Part shown: positions 49,315-59,433 of the stretch, piece after piece | Position numbering within the stretch: the stretch's first letter is position 1 | How the letters are laid out: each line of letters opens with the position of its first letter | NCBI GenBank assembly: GCA_965221695.1 | Contig: OZ244905.1 | Location: forward strand, 2,701,384 to 2,765,383 | DNA: 64,000 nt | DNA from: Gammaproteobacteria bacterium | GTDB taxonomy: Bacteria > Pseudomonadota > Gammaproteobacteria > Eutrophobiales > Eutrophobiaceae | Direction of reading: 5' to 3' | Made by a program: the position numbers and the translations under genes | The notes under the pieces: model-generated | Told to the model about the DNA's origin: nothing | Database searches by the model: none | The model's input: the letters and a program-made list of their open reading frames with translations, nothing else

Positions 49315-50520
49315 CTAGGCCTTGGAAACCCGCACGCTGGCATCGTCCCGTTTGTGCAGGTCCGGCAGCAGGTCAATACCGATCCCCGGGTCCGGGTCCA
49401 GCGTGACCATGCCGTTTTCCACGACCGGCAGTTTGGTCGTCACGTCCTTGTACCAGCCGGTGTACAAGGCCCGGACCGATTCCTGGAATATCGCGTTAAC
49501 CGCGTTAAGCGACAGGTGTACGGATGCCGCCCATACCACGGGGCCGGTGCAGTCGTGCGGCGCCACCGGAAGTCCGTAAACCTCGGCCAGGCTGGCAATG
49601 TGTTTGGCTTCGGTTATGCCGCCGACCCAGCCGATATCCGGCATCGCAAAATCGGTGGCGCGCTGCTCAAACAGGTCCCGATAACCCCAGCGCGTTGCCA
49701 CCGTCTCACTCGCACAAACAGGGATGGATGCGCGCGCGCGAAACTCGGCCAGGTTTTCCAGGCTGTCCGACTTCACGGGGTCTTCAATGAAATAAGGCTG
49801 GTACGGTTCCAGCGCATGGGAAATAGCGATTGCGGTGGTCAGGTTCCAGAGCGAGTGGCACTCGACCATGATGTCCATCCGGTCGCCCGCGGCGGCGCGG
49901 ATTTTCTCAAATGGCTCCAACGCCGCGTCAAGTTCCGCGGCGCTTATTCTGTTGCCCAGGTTGCGTTCTGCGGCGAAGTCGAAAGGCCAGATTTTCATCG
50001 CGCTAATGCCTTCCTCCAGCAGGCTGAGCGCCAGTTCGTCAGCGCGGTTCAGGAACGCGTCCAGGTCTTCATAGGGTCCGTGTTCCGTGCCTATGCCCCA
50101 GTTCGATGTCTTCTGCCCTTCGGTGGAACGGATGTAGGTATAACCGGCGCAGGTATTGTAAACCCGGATGGCATCCCGCGACCTGCCGCCCAGCAAGTCA
50201 TACAGCGGCTGTCCTGTAAGCCGGCCCCAGAGGTCCCATAGCGCCATGTCAATCGCGGACAGCGCCCGCATCTCTGCGCCCGTGCTTCTGAAGCCCAGGT
50301 AGCCCCGCAGTTGCTTCCAGTGCAAGTCCCGTTGCAACGGGTTTTTCCCCAGCAGGTATGGCGCAATGGTTTCGTGGATATGCGCCTCGACGGACTCGGC
50401 GCCCAGAAAAGTCTCGCCCAGGCCGTAGACGCCCTGGTCCGAATGTACCTTGACCCAGACCAGGTTGCCGTAGGAACTGAGGCGCAGGGTTTCTATGCGG
50501 GTAATTGTGATGTTGTTCAT
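49315..50520 (-). CDS. mandelate racemase/muconate lactonizing enzyme-family protein (enolase superfamily, acid-sugar dehydratase-like)
   Basis: N-terminal capping domain (ITRIETLRL..GLGET) and barrel motifs (AIDMALWDLWGRLTGQPLYDLLGG; metal-ligand D/E positions) typical of MR-subgroup dehydratases. Confidence 0.75.
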   Translation of the reverse strand: MNNITITRIETLRLSSYGNLVWVKVHSDQGVYGLGETFLGAESVEAHIHETIAPYLLGKNPLQRDLHWKQLRGYLGFRSTGAEMRALSAIDMALWDLWGRLTGQPLYDLLGGRSRDAIRVYNTCAGYTYIRSTEGQKTSNWGIGTEHGPYEDLDAFLNRADELALSLLEEGISAMKIWPFDFAAERNLGNRISAAELDAALEPFEKIRAAAGDRMDIMVECHSLWNLTTAIAISHALEPYQPYFIEDPVKSDSLENLAEFRARASIPVCASETVATRWGYRDLFEQRATDFAMPDIGWVGGITEAKHIASLAEVYGLPVAPHDCTGPVVWAASVHLSLNAVNAIFQESVRALYTGWYKDVTTKLPVVENGMVTLDPDPGIGIDLLPDLHKRDDASVRVSKA

Positions 50521-50676
50521 AGCGTCGGGTTTCCTTTAATTCAGGTAGGGACGGTTTTACGCGCTCTGACAAGTCCAGGATGGACGTGTTCAGAGTTTCC
50601 CAAAATCATAAAATGTTGACATAGATTACAAAAACACGGCATTATCTGCTTACTATTTTATGGGGGTGTTATAAAA

Positions 50677-52950
50677 ATGAAAAATTTCTTTCATTGTACA
50701 TTGCTGTTGCTATTCTTCAGTTCCAGTATCTCCTCTGCCGCCGTCCTTGAAGAAATCATCGTCACCGCCACCAAGCGTGAGGAAAGTTTACAGGATGTGC
50801 CGGTATCCGTATCGGTTATGGACGGCGTGGCGCTGGACAACGCTTCGATAAACAGTCTTGATGAACTGACATTGCGCATGCCATCGGTGATGATGACCGA
50901 AGCTCAGGCGGCAACCAATATTTTTATCCGCGGCGTCGGTTCGGGGCAGAACTACGGTTTTGAACAGTCCGTCGGCATGTTCATAGACGGCGCCTATTTC
51001 AGTCGCAGCCGCGCCTTTCGCAACCCCTTCTTTGATGTGCAACGTGTGGAAGTCCTTAAGGGCCCGCAGACCGTGCTGTTCGGCAAGAATGTCGTTGCCG
51101 GCGCGTTCAATATTGAAACCCGGCGTCCGACCGAGGAATGGGAAAACAGTATCAGCGCCTACTGGGATCCGGAGTATGACGGCAAGGAGTTCACTGCAGT
51201 CGTATCCGGTCCGCTCAGCGACAACGTGGGTATTCGTCTCGCCGGCAAATACTACGATGTCGATGGCTATATCGAAAATTCGCTCCCCGGTGTGCCCGAC
51301 CCGTACCAACGCGAGCATTATCTCATCCGCGGCACCATCCAGTGGGATATCACTCCTGATTTCAGCGCTACCCTGAAAGGGGAATTCGGCGCCTATGACG
51401 TGACCGGCGGTTACCATACCCAGCCGCAGTTCCTGTCGGCCAATCACCTGGCGCTGACGCAGGCCAATGACCCGCAGGCGGAAGCTGCATTCGATTACCG
51501 GGTCTCCATCCCGGCGCCCCCGGGCGATCCGTTTTTTGACGGTCTGTTCAATGATACCAACATGGAAAATGTGACCCTGACCCTGGACTGGAACGCCGGC
51601 GGTCACCAGGTTAAGTCCATCACCAGCTATGTCGCCTTCGATTTTGAGGCATTGACCAATAATGATCACACCAACCTCAGGATAGTTGCCGGACCGCAAC
51701 GGCAGGATTCGGAGACCATCTCTCAGGAGCTCCGCATCACCTCGCCGCAGGACCAGTTCATCGAATATATTATTGGGGCCTATTATGCCGATGATAAATA
51801 TCGAACCCGTCTGCAAGCGTCTCTTGACCTGGGTCAGTCCGCATTGGCCGCGGTATTTCCCATCGTGCGCCTCGGCAGGAACCAGCAGACCCGGCAGGAT
51901 GGCGAGACCTGGGCGGTATTCGGCGAGGCCACGATGAATTTCACGGACCGGGTGCGCTTGATCCTGGGCGCCCGTTATACGGAGGACCGCAAAACGGCTG
52001 ACAAACGGCTCTGGTATTCCGATGTGTCTACATTGGACAATGCCGTGCCGGATCCGGCCATCGCTGCAATCTATAACGGCGTTATCGGTGTGGAACATGA
52101 CCTCCGGGGCGTGAAACGCAAGACCGATGACGTCCCATTTGCCGTGACCGGTGAATTTGATGCAAGTGATGACCTGATGGTCTATGTAACCTATAGAGAA
52201 GGGTTCAAGGCCGGCGGGTTTGATGAGGACTTTAATTCCGGCGTGTTCTCGGAATATGAATTTGAAGACGAGCAGGTGGAGTCGTTTGCATACGGCGCCA
52301 AGATGACACTGGCGGACGGCAGGGCGTATATCAATGCCGAATATTTCCACTCGGAATACAGCAACCTACAGGTCTCAACCTTCTCCGTCGCCAGTTTCCT
52401 GGTAGGCAATGCAGCCTCGGCCACCACCCAGGGGCTGGATGTAGACGCACGTTGGCTGGTCACGGATCAATTCAGTGTAGGCGGCGCGTTTGTCTGGTTG
52501 GACGCCGAATACGATAACTACGAATCCGGCCCCTGCTTGCTTGACGCTGCCGGCAACGAAATCGCGGACTTTTGTGACCTGTCGGGTCGCCCGCTGCAAT
52601 ACGCGCCTGATATCGAATTCAATATCTACGCGGATCTGGTCGTGCCTGTCTACCAGGGCTGGGAACTTGGGCTGACCGGCGATCTCACCTATTCGGATGA
52701 CTTCTACCTGGCAGGCGATCTCGATCCGGACTATGTGCAGGAAGACTATGCCAAGCTCAATGCCACCCTGAGCCTGGCCTCACCCGACGGCAGGTACCGC
52801 TTTTCTGTCATCGGCAAGAATCTGACCGACAAGCAGACTTCGCACCAGCAGAATGATATTCCGCTGGCAGGTTTGTATGGCGGCAAGGCCGGTTCGGCAT
52901 TCTCCGACCCGCCGCGCGTCGTCGCACTGCAGGCAGAGGTTAAATTCTGA
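50677..52950 (+). CDS. TonB-dependent outer-membrane receptor
   Basis: Signal peptide, TonB box/plug (EEIIVTATKREESLQDVPVSVSVM) and a C-terminal beta-barrel ending in the canonical terminal Phe (..LQAEVKF). Confidence 0.85.
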   Translation: MKNFFHCTLLLLFFSSSISSAAVLEEIIVTATKREESLQDVPVSVSVMDGVALDNASINSLDELTLRMPSVMMTEAQAATNIFIRGVGSGQNYGFEQSVGMFIDGAYFSRSRAFRNPFFDVQRVEVLKGPQTVLFGKNVVAGAFNIETRRPTEEWENSISAYWDPEYDGKEFTAVVSGPLSDNVGIRLAGKYYDVDGYIENSLPGVPDPYQREHYLIRGTIQWDITPDFSATLKGEFGAYDVTGGYHTQPQFLSANHLALTQANDPQAEAAFDYRVSIPAPPGDPFFDGLFNDTNMENVTLTLDWNAGGHQVKSITSYVAFDFEALTNNDHTNLRIVAGPQRQDSETISQELRITSPQDQFIEYIIGAYYADDKYRTRLQASLDLGQSALAAVFPIVRLGRNQQTRQDGETWAVFGEATMNFTDRVRLILGARYTEDRKTADKRLWYSDVSTLDNAVPDPAIAAIYNGVIGVEHDLRGVKRKTDDVPFAVTGEFDASDDLMVYVTYREGFKAGGFDEDFNSGVFSEYEFEDEQVESFAYGAKMTLADGRAYINAEYFHSEYSNLQVSTFSVASFLVGNAASATTQGLDVDARWLVTDQFSVGGAFVWLDAEYDNYESGPCLLDAAGNEIADFCDLSGRPLQYAPDIEFNIYADLVVPVYQGWELGLTGDLTYSDDFYLAGDLDPDYVQEDYAKLNATLSLASPDGRYRFSVIGKNLTDKQTSHQQNDIPLAGLYGGKAGSAFSDPPRVVALQAEVKF

Positions 52951-53008
52951 CTTGCATAATCGGTAACTGCCCGGCGAAAGAGCGGCTGGTACGGTTCCTC
53001 TTTTGGTG

Positions 53009-54784
53009 ATGCGAACCGGTTGCAAAGCGGGAACGCCTTTTTACAGCACGCTGTTGGTCGTGGCGATGCTGTCAGTTATTGTGCCCGGGGCGCCTGCGCG
53101 TGATACCAGCCTGTACTGGGGTGACACCCATTTACACACGAACAACTCACCCGACGCATCGCTGAACGGCAACATTCGCATTGGTCCGGAAGAGGCGTTC
53201 CGTTTCGCCCGCGGCGAAGCCGTCGAAGGCCACAGCGGCGCACCGGCAAAACTGGAAAGGCCGCTGGACTTTCTGGTGGTAAGTGACCATGCTGAATATC
53301 TCGGCTTGCTGCCGAGAATACGCGATGGCGATACGCTGGTATTGAAAAATGCTGTGACCCGGCGCTGGCGCGACATGATAGACAGCGGTGATGGGGAACA
53401 GACCTGGAAAGCGATGTTTGAAGTCCTGGAGGACATTGAGACGAACAACCCGAGTTTCGATGATACGGATATAAGGCATTCCACCTGGGGGCGCTTTATC
53501 GAACTTGCCGACAGATATAACGAACCGGGCAGGTTTACCGCATTCATCGGTTTTGAGTGGACCTCGATGCCGGACGGGAACAACCTGCACAGGGTGGTCA
53601 TTTTCCGGGACGGCGCCGCAAAGGCAGGAACGGTATTGCCGTTCTCGGCGTTTGACGGCGATGACCCGGAACAACTCTGGGCGTTCCTGGAGAATTACGA
53701 GACGGACACGGGGGGCAGGGCGCTTGCCATTCCCCACAACGGTAATATGAGCAACGGTCGCATGTTCCCGGAAACAGACTTCGAGGGTAGACCGATCGAC
53801 GGGGATTACGCTCGCGCCAGGTCCCGCTGGGAACCCCTGTATGAAGTCACCCAGATCAAGGGTGACGCGGAGACACATCCGCAATTATCTCCCCGGGACC
53901 TTTTTGCCGATTTCGAGAACTGGGACAGGGGCAACATCACTGCAACAGCGCTGAAACAGACCGGGATGCTCAAGGCCGAATATGCGCGCGCGGCGCTGCA
54001 GACGGGCCTGGGACTCGAACGGCAGGTCGGCGCCAATCCGTACCGTTTCGGACTGATCGGCAGTTCGGATGCGCATACCGGATTTGCCGCCGTGGCTGAG
54101 CGGAACTTCTGGGGCAAGTTTTCCGTGTACGAGCCTGGTTTGCACCGCCTGACACACCACTCGGTTGTGAAGGGCAGGCAGGGGAAGACATACGATATCT
54201 GGGCTTACGAGATGGTTGCCTCGGGTTATGCCGCGGTCTGGGCAACGGAAAATACCCGCGCCGCGCTGTTCGATGCCATGCAACGCAGAGAAGTTTACGC
54301 CACCACCGGCTCGCGTATCAGGCTACAGTATTTTGCGGGCTGGGATTTCCTGCCCGAGGATGCAAACGGCGACGATTTTGCCGCCAATGGTTATCGAAAC
54401 GGCGTGCCCATGGGCGGCACACTGAGCGCCGCCCCGGCAAACTCCGGGCCGGCGTTCATCATCAATGCGCTCAAGGACCCGGCCGGCGTTTCGCTTGAAC
54501 GGGTCCAGGTCATCAAGGGATGGGTCGATGAAAATGGAGACACTCATGAAATCATCCATGATGCAGCCGTTGCGGAAAACGGCGCAGTCGGTTTCCACAC
54601 CTATTGGCAAGACCCGGATTTTGATCCCCGGCAGCATGCCTTTTATTACCTGAGGGTCCTTGAGATACCCAAACCCCGCTGGACGACACTGGAGGCTCGG
54701 CGGCTGAATACGGCTCTGCCGGAACAGGTACCTGCGCAGATACAGGACAGGGCATACAGCAGTCCCGTCTGGTACAGTCCGTGA
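53009..54784 (+). CDS. secreted DUF3604-like protein (putative PHP/metal-dependent hydrolase-like)
   Basis: Signal peptide then YWGDTHLHTNNSPDA (H-x-H metal motif close to the mature N-terminus) and a ~590-aa length typical of DUF3604. Family assignment from memory of the motif only. Confidence 0.4.
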   Translation: MRTGCKAGTPFYSTLLVVAMLSVIVPGAPARDTSLYWGDTHLHTNNSPDASLNGNIRIGPEEAFRFARGEAVEGHSGAPAKLERPLDFLVVSDHAEYLGLLPRIRDGDTLVLKNAVTRRWRDMIDSGDGEQTWKAMFEVLEDIETNNPSFDDTDIRHSTWGRFIELADRYNEPGRFTAFIGFEWTSMPDGNNLHRVVIFRDGAAKAGTVLPFSAFDGDDPEQLWAFLENYETDTGGRALAIPHNGNMSNGRMFPETDFEGRPIDGDYARARSRWEPLYEVTQIKGDAETHPQLSPRDLFADFENWDRGNITATALKQTGMLKAEYARAALQTGLGLERQVGANPYRFGLIGSSDAHTGFAAVAERNFWGKFSVYEPGLHRLTHHSVVKGRQGKTYDIWAYEMVASGYAAVWATENTRAALFDAMQRREVYATTGSRIRLQYFAGWDFLPEDANGDDFAANGYRNGVPMGGTLSAAPANSGPAFIINALKDPAGVSLERVQVIKGWVDENGDTHEIIHDAAVAENGAVGFHTYWQDPDFDPRQHAFYYLRVLEIPKPRWTTLEARRLNTALPEQVPAQIQDRAYSSPVWYSP

Positions 54785-56997
54785 TGCCGAAGAATGCCGA
54801 TAAATTCAGGCATTGTCCCGGTCTCCTCCTGTGTTTGTGCATAGCCCTGACGGCCTGTGCCGAACCGGATGTTCCCGCGGATGGCGTGCTGACCGCGACC
54901 AACGGGGAAGCGGAGTTTGGTCAGATCGATGACGAGCGCATACTGAACCATGCGGATGACCCCGACAACTGGCTGGCCCATGGGCGTGATTACAGTGAGA
55001 AGCGGTTTTCACCTCTCAGTGAGATAAACAAGTCCAATGTATCCGGACTGGGTCTGGCGTGGGCGCTCGATATGGGCACGAACCGGGCGCAGGAGGCAAC
55101 GCCCATCGTCGTGGACGATACACTTTTTCTCACCAGCGCCTGGAGCCGCGTGTTCGCCATTGATGCCCGCACGGGTTCAATACGCTGGAAATACGATCCG
55201 CAAGTGCCCGGCGCCTGGTCGCGGCGCGCCTGTTGCGACGTGGTCAACCGCGGCGTTGCCGTATACCGCGGGCGCGTCTATGTGGGCAGTCTTGACGGTC
55301 GCCTGATAGCTTTGGACGCGGCGACCGGCGCAGAGGTTTGGCAAGTGGACACGCTCATCGATCGGGACCGGTTTTACACCATCACCGGCGCGCCTCGGGC
55401 CGCCCGCGGCAAAGTTTACATTGGCAATGGCGGCGCAGAGTTCGGCGTGAGGGGATATGTGTCGGCCTACGATGCGGATACGGGCAAACTTGCGTGGCGT
55501 TTTTATACCGTTCCCGGCGATCCTTCGCAACCCTACGAACATCCCGAACTGGAACTGGCCGTTGCCACCTGGAGTGGTAATGAATGGTGGAAATACGGAG
55601 GCGGCGGGACAGTATGGAATTCGATCGTGTACGACGCCGAATTCAATCATCTTTATATCGGCGTCGGTAACGGTTCCCCCTGGGCGCGCGCGATACGCTC
55701 ACCGGGCGGCGGCGACAACCTGTTTCTGTCCTCAATCGTAGCCCTGGATGCCGACAGCGGCAGGATGAAATGGTATTACCAGACCACACCGGCGGATAAC
55801 TGGGACTATACCGCGGTGCAGGACATGGCCCTGGCGGAGCTGGAAGTCGGCGGGGAACTGCGCAAGGTATTGTTGCAGGCGCCGAAGAACGGGTTTTTCT
55901 ACGTGCTTGATCGCAGTGACGGTGAATTGCTGCGCGCGCACCCATACAGCGCAGTGAACTGGGCAACCCATGTCGACCTGGAAACCGGGCGGCCCGTGGA
56001 AAACCCTGATCTGGATTATCTCGAACAGGAAAAATGGGTGCTGCCGGGTTCCGCAGGCGCCCATGGCTGGCAGGCCATGTCCGTCGATGAAATGAGCGGC
56101 CTGGTGTATATCCCCACCCAGGAAAGTCCTCTTATCTTTGCCATGGCCGATGAATGGAAACAGAGCGGGCGCTTCGAGAGAAACCCCGGCAGATGGAATA
56201 TCGGCCTTGAGGTCGGGCGCCTGGCGCAGTTGTTTGTTGATAATGTTGCGACCCAACCGGCGCCGGCAGGCGCGCTGAAGGCATTCGACCCCATCAGTGG
56301 AGAGACCCGCTGGGAGGTGCGCAATCCCTATTACTGGAACGGCGGGGTACTGGCCACACAGGGCGGCCTGGTATTCCAGGGGGATGCCAACGGTGTCTTG
56401 TCTGCCTACGACAAGGAAAACGGCGACAGCTTATGGCAGTTCAATACCTGGACATCCATACTTGCGCCGCCGGTCACCTACAGCATCGACGGCACGCAAT
56501 ATGTTGCGTTGCTGACCGGTGGCGGCGGCGCCGACCTGTTCGGCGGCGAAGCGGACACGGCTACGAGCAAATACGGGAACAGGGGACAACTGCTGGCATT
56601 TCGCCTCGGTGGAGATGCGCTGCTGCCCGAACCCGAGCCGTTGGACAAGCGCATACCGGAACAGCCCGCGGTAACGGTGGACAGCATGGTGATTGCGCAG
56701 GGAGAACTGCTGTATAACAACTTCTGCGCCACGTGCCATGGCCTGTTGGCGCGCTCGGGTGGGTCTATCCCTGACCTGAGACTGATGTCCGACCAAAGCC
56801 ATGCCCTGTTCCATGATATCGTCAGTGATGGGATCCTGTCCGCGAACGGCATGGCGGGATTCGGGGATATCCTGACTACGGCTGAAGTTGAAAAAATTCA
56901 CCACTATGTGCGCGCGCGGGCCTCGGAAGACAGGGCCGTGGCAACAGGCGATAAGCAACAGGCGACACTGACCTGGCTGTCGCCGCCGGAAGAGTAA
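54784..56997 (+). CDS. PQQ-dependent dehydrogenase, quinohemoprotein type (8-bladed propeller + C-terminal cytochrome c domain), lipoprotein signal
   Basis: Lipobox LTAC, PQQ-ADH family sequence (DPDNWLAHGRDYSEKRFSPLSEIN..W...tryptophan-docking repeats) and a C-terminal CATCHG haem-binding motif. Confidence 0.8.
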   Translation: MPKNADKFRHCPGLLLCLCIALTACAEPDVPADGVLTATNGEAEFGQIDDERILNHADDPDNWLAHGRDYSEKRFSPLSEINKSNVSGLGLAWALDMGTNRAQEATPIVVDDTLFLTSAWSRVFAIDARTGSIRWKYDPQVPGAWSRRACCDVVNRGVAVYRGRVYVGSLDGRLIALDAATGAEVWQVDTLIDRDRFYTITGAPRAARGKVYIGNGGAEFGVRGYVSAYDADTGKLAWRFYTVPGDPSQPYEHPELELAVATWSGNEWWKYGGGGTVWNSIVYDAEFNHLYIGVGNGSPWARAIRSPGGGDNLFLSSIVALDADSGRMKWYYQTTPADNWDYTAVQDMALAELEVGGELRKVLLQAPKNGFFYVLDRSDGELLRAHPYSAVNWATHVDLETGRPVENPDLDYLEQEKWVLPGSAGAHGWQAMSVDEMSGLVYIPTQESPLIFAMADEWKQSGRFERNPGRWNIGLEVGRLAQLFVDNVATQPAPAGALKAFDPISGETRWEVRNPYYWNGGVLATQGGLVFQGDANGVLSAYDKENGDSLWQFNTWTSILAPPVTYSIDGTQYVALLTGGGGADLFGGEADTATSKYGNRGQLLAFRLGGDALLPEPEPLDKRIPEQPAVTVDSMVIAQGELLYNNFCATCHGLLARSGGSIPDLRLMSDQSHALFHDIVSDGILSANGMAGFGDILTTAEVEKIHHYVRARASEDRAVATGDKQQATLTWLSPPEE

Positions 56998-57001
56998 TAC
57001 C

Positions 57002-58126
57002 ATGCAGATAACAGATGTGCGCCTGCGCCGTTTACGGGTCATCGAGGAAGTGGGGACGGTGCAACTGGCCTGGAGTCCGGGCGATCAGATGCTGATCCAA
57101 AAAGGGGGCGGCGGTTTTGTTGAAGTTCTGACTGATGAAGGTATTGCCGGAATTGGTCCGGAGGTGGATGACCGCTTCATCCCGGTGTTGAAGAAGATAC
57201 TCATCGGCAGGGACCCCATGGAAGTGGAAAAGCTCAGCGCGATGCTGGAGTATTACCTTCAGGCAGGGACCCATTACCAACATGTGGCCGGAGTGGATAT
57301 CGCGCTGTGGGATATCGTGGGCAAGGCCAGGGGCTTGCCCCTGTATAAACTATGGGGCGGAAGTAAGGATCGTATTGTGCCCTATGCCGCAATGATCATG
57401 TTGTCCACGCCTGAGGAAAGGGCGGATATGGCGCGCCGGCTCAGGGATCAGGGCTGGCAGGCAATAAAGCTGCGTCTGCACCATGAGACCATGGCGGAAG
57501 ATATCCGCACGGTGGCCAAGGTCAGGGACGCAGTGGGCAGCGATATGCGCATCATGGTGGATGCCAACCAGGCACAATCCAAGGGTGACTGGCAACCGGG
57601 GGTGAGATGGGACTACCGGCGCGCGTACGACACCGCGCTGGAATTGCAACAGCTTGACTGCGTATGGCTGGAGGAGCCCAGGCCGCGCTATGCATTCGAG
57701 GAGCTGGCCAGGCTGAATGATTCGGTGGAGATAGACCTGGCAGGCGGTGAAAATGCCGCTGTCCTTTACGAGTTTCAACAGATGTGCGAACTGGGCGCCT
57801 ACAGCATATTGCAACCGGAATGCCTGGTATTGACCGGGATCACCGAAACCCTGAAGGTGGGGGAGATTGCAAAAAAATACGGCAAACAGGTTGCCCCCCA
57901 TAACGGCTACGTGAAACTCGGGTTGATCGCCCATATGCACATGGTGGCAAGCTGGCCGCACGCACCGTACCTGGAGCTGATCCACGACCCACCCGTCGGC
58001 GATTACCGCAATTTTTTTGCGTTGATGGATAATCCACCCCTGGTTGATGAACACGGGTGCATGACCGTACCGTCAGCGCCCGGCCTCGGCGTGGATATAG
58101 CCCCGGACCTGATCATCCCTGACTGA
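57002..58126 (+). CDS. mandelate racemase/muconate lactonizing enzyme-family protein (enolase superfamily)
   Basis: VDIALWDIVGKARGLPLYKLWGG and barrel-domain metal ligands. Second MR/MLE paralogue in the island. Confidence 0.75.
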   Translation: MQITDVRLRRLRVIEEVGTVQLAWSPGDQMLIQKGGGGFVEVLTDEGIAGIGPEVDDRFIPVLKKILIGRDPMEVEKLSAMLEYYLQAGTHYQHVAGVDIALWDIVGKARGLPLYKLWGGSKDRIVPYAAMIMLSTPEERADMARRLRDQGWQAIKLRLHHETMAEDIRTVAKVRDAVGSDMRIMVDANQAQSKGDWQPGVRWDYRRAYDTALELQQLDCVWLEEPRPRYAFEELARLNDSVEIDLAGGENAAVLYEFQQMCELGAYSILQPECLVLTGITETLKVGEIAKKYGKQVAPHNGYVKLGLIAHMHMVASWPHAPYLELIHDPPVGDYRNFFALMDNPPLVDEHGCMTVPSAPGLGVDIAPDLIIPD

Positions 58127-58277
58127 GCAACCCCTGTCCTGATCGCCGGTCGTGATCCCAAACAAGGGGACCTCTGATTAAGTCTCAGAGTTTCCCAAGA
58201 TATCTATTCAGGGACCCTGTTCAACAATTTGTGTTACTCTGCGGTGAAATAAAAGCGAATAACATCGGGAGAACCCT

Positions 58278-59387
58278 ATGCACGTACATGCACTGGCGGC
58301 CGTTGCGCGGTCGCCCGAGGCGCCGTTTGATTTTCGCGAAATGGAACTGCTGCCACCGCGCAGTAACGAAGTACAGGTCAGGATTGCGGCGACCGGTATC
58401 TGCCATACGGATATTGCAGTCAAAGAACAGGCATTTCCATTGCCCTTGCCCATGGTGCTGGGCCATGAAGGCGCCGGGGTTGTCGAGGCGGTAGGTGAAG
58501 AAGTCACCCATCTACAGGTCGGGGACCATGTCGTGTTATGTGGCGATTCCTGTGGTAGGTGCGGTAATTGCCACCAGGGGTTGCCGTTTTACTGCCGCGA
58601 ATTCCCGGAGCGCAACCTGAGTGGCCTGCGCACTGACGGCAGCACCAGCCTGGTGTGCGATGGAGAGCCGATGCGGGGACGGTTTGTCGCCCAGTCGTCA
58701 TTTTCCACCCGGGTGATCGGCGCCGCAAGAGGCGCAATAAAAGTCCCCGGCGATTTACCCCTTGAATTGTTGGGGCCGCTGGGCTGTGGACTTGCCACCG
58801 GCGTGGGCACGGTGATGAATGCGCTGCGTCCGAGCGCCGGTTCAAGTATCGCGATTTTCGGCGCCGGAACCGTAGGGCTTGCCGCGGTGATGGGCGCGCG
58901 CCTTTCGGGTTGTACCTGCATAATCGTTACCGACATCCGGCCCGCGCGGCTTGAAATGGCGCGCGAACTGGGCGCGACCCATGTGCTTGATGCCGGTACG
59001 GAGGATGTGGTTGACGCGATCCATTCCATTACCGGCGGCGGCGCCAATTATGCGGTCGAATGCACGGGTGTACCCGAAGTCGTTATCCAGTCGGTCAACT
59101 GCCTTGCCCCGCCCGGCTGGTGTGCGCAGGTTGGGGTGACGCCTGCCGCCGCCACCGTGCCCCTGGAAATGGACCAGGTGATTTTCGGGCGCGGCCTGCG
59201 CGGTGTGGTGATGGGCGAAGCGAATGTGCAGGTCTTTGTACCGTTCCTGGCCGACCTGTTCAGGCAGGGGCGGCTCCCCTATGACCGCTTCGTCAAGTTC
59301 TATGACTTTGCCGATATCGACCGGGCAGTACATGACAGCGCCGTCACCGGCGAGGTGATCAAGCCGATCCTGCGCATGCCGGAATAG
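58278..59387 (+). CDS. zinc-dependent alcohol dehydrogenase (MDR superfamily)
   Basis: GICHTDIAVKE..GHEGAGVVEAVG catalytic zinc site, structural-zinc Cys cluster (CGDSCGRCGNCHQG) and GAGTVGLAAV Rossmann motif. Confidence 0.85.
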   Translation: MHVHALAAVARSPEAPFDFREMELLPPRSNEVQVRIAATGICHTDIAVKEQAFPLPLPMVLGHEGAGVVEAVGEEVTHLQVGDHVVLCGDSCGRCGNCHQGLPFYCREFPERNLSGLRTDGSTSLVCDGEPMRGRFVAQSSFSTRVIGAARGAIKVPGDLPLELLGPLGCGLATGVGTVMNALRPSAGSSIAIFGAGTVGLAAVMGARLSGCTCIIVTDIRPARLEMARELGATHVLDAGTEDVVDAIHSITGGGANYAVECTGVPEVVIQSVNCLAPPGWCAQVGVTPAAATVPLEMDQVIFGRGLRGVVMGEANVQVFVPFLADLFRQGRLPYDRFVKFYDFADIDRAVHDSAVTGEVIKPILRMPE

Positions 59388-59433
59388 GTTAGTCCCTTTT
59401 CCTTTTAATTCTGATTATGTTCAGAGCAAAGCC

